A DNA stretch of 64,000 nt, from NCBI GenBank assembly GCA_025453395.1, contig JALOQK010000001.1, positions 74,244 through 138,243 on the forward strand, in the 5' to 3' direction. Source of the stretch: Candidatus Omnitrophota bacterium (lineage in GTDB: Bacteria > Omnitrophota > Gorgyraeia > Gygaellales > Profunditerraquicolaceae). Positions 58,038 to 64,000 of the stretch are shown here, piece after piece; position 1 is the first letter of the stretch, and the number at the start of each line of letters is the position of its first letter. The translations under genes and the position numbers were made by a program. Below the pieces are notes generated by a model. The model worked only from the letters and a program-made list of their open reading frames with translations, was not told the DNA's origin and ran no database searches.

Positions 58038-59561
58038 TTATTCCTCAACAAAAAGATTGCGGGATGAAAACTCTCCGTCAGTGGTAAGGTTTACTCCCAG
58101 ACGCTTTAATCCAACATCATCCCCGGGGGTGGGGATATGAGTCATATGCAATTCGCATTTATTTAAATCCGCTAATTTATTCATCGCCAACTCTGCCGTA
58201 TGGTTAGTAGTCGCACTTATAGCCAGGGCGATCAATGCCTCTTCCAAATCCAGGCTCTCTGATTCCGTGCCTAGTATATCCTTCTTAAGCTTGGATATTT
58301 GCTTAATTACCTGCGGCGAAAGAAGAAGAATTTCATCCGGGATATTAGCTAACAGCTTAAGCGCGTTTAAAATCAGGCTTGATGCCGCGTGCATCAAATG
58401 AGAATTCTTTCCAGTAATAATTTTCCCATTTGGCAACTGCATAGCTGCCCCGCAATAGACCCCAAAATTACCCTTGCCCTTGCCTTCTGCTTCTTGCGCT
58501 GCCTTGCGGGCAACTTCTACTACCGGCCGATCAACGACTTTTACCTGCAACTCTTCCATTAATGCGGCGACTCTATCAACCGCTGATTTTTTTTCAATCC
58601 CCATCAAATATTCGCTATTATACCTGAAATACCTGCGGATCAATTCCTGACGCGAAGCTTCCCGCACCAAACTGTCGTCCACGATCCCGAATCCGGCGCG
58701 GTTGACCCCCATATCTGTGGGAGAATTATACATCGGAGCGCTGGAACTTCCGCTTGAGATGCGGCTTAAGATAAGCTTTAAAATCGGAAAACATTCCACG
58801 TCTCGGTTATAATTTATCGCGGTCTTGTTATATGTGCTTAAATGGAACGGATCAACTAAATTAAAATCCAATATATCGGCAGTTGCCGCCTCATAAGCAA
58901 CATTGACCGGATGTTTTAAAGGAAGGTTCCAAATCGGGAATGTCTCAAATTTAGCGTAACCGGCGTTTATGCCTCTTTTATGCTCATGATAAAGCTGGGA
59001 AAGGCATACCGAAAGTTTTCCGCTATTTGGCCCGGGAGCAGTAACCACAACAATGGGTTTCTTTGTGGCAATATAATCATTCTTGCCAAGACCCCTCTCG
59101 CTTACCACATAGTCCACATTCGTAGGGTATCCATCAATTGGATAATGCAAATAAACTTTAACATTTCTTCTCTCCAGCTTATTCTTAAAGATAATTGCGG
59201 CATGCTGATTGGCAAAACGGGTGATCACCACTGATGAAATATCCAGCCCCCACTTTCTTAGATCATCGATAAGCTTGAAGGTGGCCGCGTCGTAGGTGAT
59301 CCCGAAATCTCCGCGCACCCTGCCGCGCTCAATATCTGCGGCATAGATACAAAGCACAATTTCAATCTTATCTTTGAGTAACTGCAGAAGGCGGATTTTT
59401 ACATTGGGATCATACCCGGGCAAAACCCGCGCGGCATGGTAGTCAAAACAAAGCTTGCCCCCAAATTCAAGATAAAGCTTATTGCCGAATTTACTTACCC
59501 TCTCGGTAATCGCAGAAGTCTGCTCTTCAAGGTATTTCTCGTTATCAAAACCGTTTTTCAT
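58038..59561 (-). CDS. DUF1846 (UPF0371) family protein
   Basis: KLYLEFGGKL, TAPGPNSGK, GYAKFETFP, SPTDMGVN. Confidence 0.88.
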   Translation of the reverse strand: MKNGFDNEKYLEEQTSAITERVSKFGNKLYLEFGGKLCFDYHAARVLPGYDPNVKIRLLQLLKDKIEIVLCIYAADIERGRVRGDFGITYDAATFKLIDDLRKWGLDISSVVITRFANQHAAIIFKNKLERRNVKVYLHYPIDGYPTNVDYVVSERGLGKNDYIATKKPIVVVTAPGPNSGKLSVCLSQLYHEHKRGINAGYAKFETFPIWNLPLKHPVNVAYEAATADILDFNLVDPFHLSTYNKTAINYNRDVECFPILKLILSRISSGSSSAPMYNSPTDMGVNRAGFGIVDDSLVREASRQELIRRYFRYNSEYLMGIEKKSAVDRVAALMEELQVKVVDRPVVEVARKAAQEAEGKGKGNFGVYCGAAMQLPNGKIITGKNSHLMHAASSLILNALKLLANIPDEILLLSPQVIKQISKLKKDILGTESESLDLEEALIALAISATTNHTAELAMNKLADLNKCELHMTHIPTPGDDVGLKRLGVNLTTDGEFSSRNLFVEE

Positions 59562-59605
59562 ATGGCGGTTATTATATTATAGGAGGCTGGCTTTGTAAAG
59601 GCATA

Positions 59606-60703
59606 TCATTGGCGGGCTTTTTCAATAATCCCTCCCCCTAAAACCGAATCCCGCAGGTAAAAAACAACTGACTGTCCGGGGGTAATAGACATCTGCGGCT
59701 TGTCAAAAACAACCCTTGCCATATTTTTATCTTGCGCAATAACCGTGCAAGGCTGTTCTGGATGGCGAAAACGTAATTTGGCTTTAGCTTTTATCTTACT
59801 GGGCAGTTTTAAATTAGAGATCCAATTGACATCTTTAGCAATCAAAAAGCGGGAAAAAAGTTCGTCTTTTTTGCCGGCAATTACTTTATTTTTACAGGCA
59901 TCAAGCCCCACAACATAAAAGGGCTCTTTTAGGCCTCCGATATTCAAACCTTTGCGCTGCCCAATAGTATAATAAACGATCCCCCTGTGCTTGCCGATTA
60001 CTTTTCCTGAAGTATCCACAATTTCACCCGGGTAAATCTTATTCTTTGGGAAAAAAGCCGAAAAATCATCGCCTTCGTAGAAATCCTGGCTTTCCGGTTT
60101 CTCTACAAAATCCTTAAGGCCGATTTCCATGGCCAGCTTCTTGACCTGTTTCTTGAGAAACCCGCCCAGCGGAAATATTGTTTTTCTAAGCTGCTGTTGT
60201 TTCAAGCGATAGAGAAAATAGGTCTGATCTTTTTCTGGATCAAGGCTTTTCTTAAGTAAATACCTTTTAGTTTTCCGGTCAAACTCTATACGCGCGTAAT
60301 GCCCGGTAGCGAATAAATCAAAATCAATCCCCAGCTTATCCGCCTTATCCAGTAATAACCCGAATTTGATCTTCTGATTACAAACAATGCAGGGATTAGG
60401 GGTTTTACCGGATAAATATTCTTTTGAGAAATACCCTAAGACTAACTTTTTATATTCATCCTTGAGATTTACTACATAATGCGGAATTCCAATTTTTTCG
60501 GCAGCTTTTTGCGCGTCCAAAATATCTTTGCCTTCGCCAGGGCCGTAACATCCGCTTTTTATAAAATCCCCCGAAGATGAAGCATCATCCCAGATTTTCA
60601 TGGTGATGCCTTTTACATCATACCCCTGTTCTTTAAGCAAATACGCGGCGATTGTGGAATCTACTCCTCCGCTTAAGGCGGCTAATACTTTCTTTTTTTT
60701 CAT
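59606..60703 (-). CDS. mnmA: tRNA-specific 2-thiouridylase
   Basis: SGGVDS, TPNPC, ATGHYA, KDQTYFL, TPGQ. Confidence 0.95.
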   Translation of the reverse strand: MKKKKVLAALSGGVDSTIAAYLLKEQGYDVKGITMKIWDDASSSGDFIKSGCYGPGEGKDILDAQKAAEKIGIPHYVVNLKDEYKKLVLGYFSKEYLSGKTPNPCIVCNQKIKFGLLLDKADKLGIDFDLFATGHYARIEFDRKTKRYLLKKSLDPEKDQTYFLYRLKQQQLRKTIFPLGGFLKKQVKKLAMEIGLKDFVEKPESQDFYEGDDFSAFFPKNKIYPGEIVDTSGKVIGKHRGIVYYTIGQRKGLNIGGLKEPFYVVGLDACKNKVIAGKKDELFSRFLIAKDVNWISNLKLPSKIKAKAKLRFRHPEQPCTVIAQDKNMARVVFDKPQMSITPGQSVVFYLRDSVLGGGIIEKARQ

Positions 60704-61680
60704 AAATTAGCTCCGGAAACAATTGTGCGGCCCAAGGCGCGCGCCATTTTCTCTACGCATCCGCGGCAACGAAGCGCATCTTCACTAATACAAATCTTAT
60801 CCGGATAGATCTGGTAGAGCTTTCTGTATTTAGCGTCAGTAATATTGGGCATTAAAACATTCGCTCCGCAGGCTAATGCCTTTTGCCTGCCCAAGGCGTC
60901 AATTGTCCCAACAGCAGTAGTTGCCGGAATATTTGTGTTCTTGGTAACAATTCTAGTTAAAGCCAATACCTTCAAGACTTTTTCCAGTGTTCCGGTTTTA
61001 TTTCTTGCTAAAGGCGTGTGAGGATGCGGGATAAAAGGCCCTACGCCGATCATGTCCAATTTAAACTTCTTAAAAAGCATGATATCATCGGCCAAACTTT
61101 CATCAGTTTGCCCGGGCAAACCCACCATAACTCCGGATCCGGTTTCAAAACCTAACCTTTTTAGATTCTTCAAACAAGAAAGCCTCGTAGACAACAAACA
61201 CCCGGGCTTTAATTTTTTGTAGAGTTTCGGGTCAGATGTTTCAAACCTTAGCAAATACCTGTCTGCGCCGGCTTTACGCAATTTCTTATAGTCTGCGTAA
61301 GAACACTCGCCGATAGATAAAGTAACAACCAACCCCAATTTCTTTATTTCCCTAATTAAAGCACAAAGCTTATCTATTTTATACCAAGGGTCTTCCCCGG
61401 ACTGCAAAACAACTGTAGGAATTTTTAAATCTTTGGCTTTAATAGCGTGCCTGAAGATTTCCGGATAATCCATGCGGTAGCGCTTAAGATTTTTGTTATC
61501 TCTTCTTAAACCGCAATAAGCGCAATTTCTCTTGCAGTAATTGGAAAATTCAATGATCCCGCGCAAGTGTATTGCATCCCCCACAAAATCCTTGCGCGCT
61601 TGATCCGCGCGAGAAAATAATTGATCAATATCGTGCTTCTTGTCGGAATTTAGAAAAGAAAAGATTTCTTCTTTATTCAT
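60700..61680 (-). CDS. hydE: radical SAM protein, [FeFe]-hydrogenase maturase HydE-like
   Basis: IEFSNYCKRNCAYCG, LQSGED, YLLRFET, C-terminal CX7CX2C. Confidence 0.78.
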   Translation of the reverse strand: MNKEEIFSFLNSDKKHDIDQLFSRADQARKDFVGDAIHLRGIIEFSNYCKRNCAYCGLRRDNKNLKRYRMDYPEIFRHAIKAKDLKIPTVVLQSGEDPWYKIDKLCALIREIKKLGLVVTLSIGECSYADYKKLRKAGADRYLLRFETSDPKLYKKLKPGCLLSTRLSCLKNLKRLGFETGSGVMVGLPGQTDESLADDIMLFKKFKLDMIGVGPFIPHPHTPLARNKTGTLEKVLKVLALTRIVTKNTNIPATTAVGTIDALGRQKALACGANVLMPNITDAKYRKLYQIYPDKICISEDALRCRGCVEKMARALGRTIVSGANL

Positions 61681-61716
61681 CTGATGGGCCCTTTTTCTAC
61701 ATAATACCATGGAAAC

Positions 61717-63354
<1,638 letters not shown>

Positions 63355-63432
63355 TTATTTGTATTAATATTCAGGGGCGGAATCCCGACCCCCAGAACTT
63401 TCGTTCTAATATAAATAGGGGCGTCGGGAAAT

Positions 63433-63470
63433 AAAAAAACGTTTAGCGCCGATACTTCGGCCACCAAACG
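63433..63470 (-). terminator. intrinsic terminator-like hairpin in the pyrG leader
   Basis: CGTTTGGTGGCCGA-AGTA-TCGGCGCTAAACG followed by T7. Confidence 0.6.
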
Positions 63471-63524
63471 CCGCTGTTTTATAATCTTTTAAGAAACTCG
63501 CCCTTGAGCCTCTTCTTAAGTATT

Positions 63525-63553
63525 AATATAGCACTGCCCTAGACAAATGTCAA
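63525..63553 (-). promoter_or_regulatory. pyrG promoter
   Basis: TTGACA-17-TATATT with TGn extension. Confidence 0.7.
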
Positions 63554-63568
63554 GCTCCAGAGGACAAT

Positions 63569-64000
63569 TTATTCATATCCATACCTGTTAATAAACCAAC
63601 CCTTAACAGCTTGCACCGTAAACAAGTAACCTGCTACAATAATTAATAGGGCAATAAAATAGGTTGGCGCAGGCGCCACAAAACCAAAATATTTCCCAAG
63701 CGGAATAAATGGAAGTATCAAACCTATTGTCACAATATAAATAGAAGTAAATATCAGGAACTGGCTAGGTCTACTTTCTGCAAAAGGGATTTTTCCCGTG
63801 CGTATAACATGAATTACCAATGTCTGCGTGCAAAGAGATTCCAGAAACCATCCGGTCTGGAAGAATGCTGCGTTGGCGTGGAAGATAAACCATAAAGTCC
63901 CGAAGGTTATATAATCAAAAAATGAGCTTACCGGGCCGATAAAAACCATAAATCTCTTAATATAGTTCACGTTCCATGCCCTTGACTTTAAAAGATACTC
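63569..64000 (-). CDS. mgtA: Mg2+-transporting P-type ATPase, C-terminal part (cut by window edge)
   Basis: GPVSSFFD, FQTGWFLESL.TQTLVIHVIRT. Confidence 0.88.
   Translation of the reverse strand, partial: EYLLKSRAWNVNYIKRFMVFIGPVSSFFDYITFGTLWFIFHANAAFFQTGWFLESLCTQTLVIHVIRTGKIPFAESRPSQFLIFTSIYIVTIGLILPFIPLGKYFGFVAPAPTYFIALLIIVAGYLFTVQAVKGWFINRYGYE

Overview
Core-genome segment of an anaerobic, diderm bacterium; the gene content and the pilin, SpoVG and L27 variants suggest the PVC group, probably Ca. Omnitrophota (inference only). About 58 CDS, nearly all on the minus strand, cover central metabolism (POR, Pfk/Fba, transketolase, PTS), the ilv/leu, SAM-cycle, pyr/car and translation genes, lipid A export and a minor-pilin cluster. 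There are four tRNAs and a 2-kb accessory patch with a BrnT-type TA pair. The most striking signal is non-coding. Many intergenic gaps hold short palindromic elements from several families with heptamer/hexamer-repeat arms, some supplying the stop codon of the neighbouring gene. A 20-bp palindrome (CCTGCCTGCCGGCAGGCAGG) has inserted cleanly into them, with a filled/empty site pair and a triple nesting visible in the window. Also found: an unannotated 33-aa bS22/mS38-like ORF, a half-length CarB, a core-MetE-like enzyme and a stand-alone NUMOD3 mini-protein.
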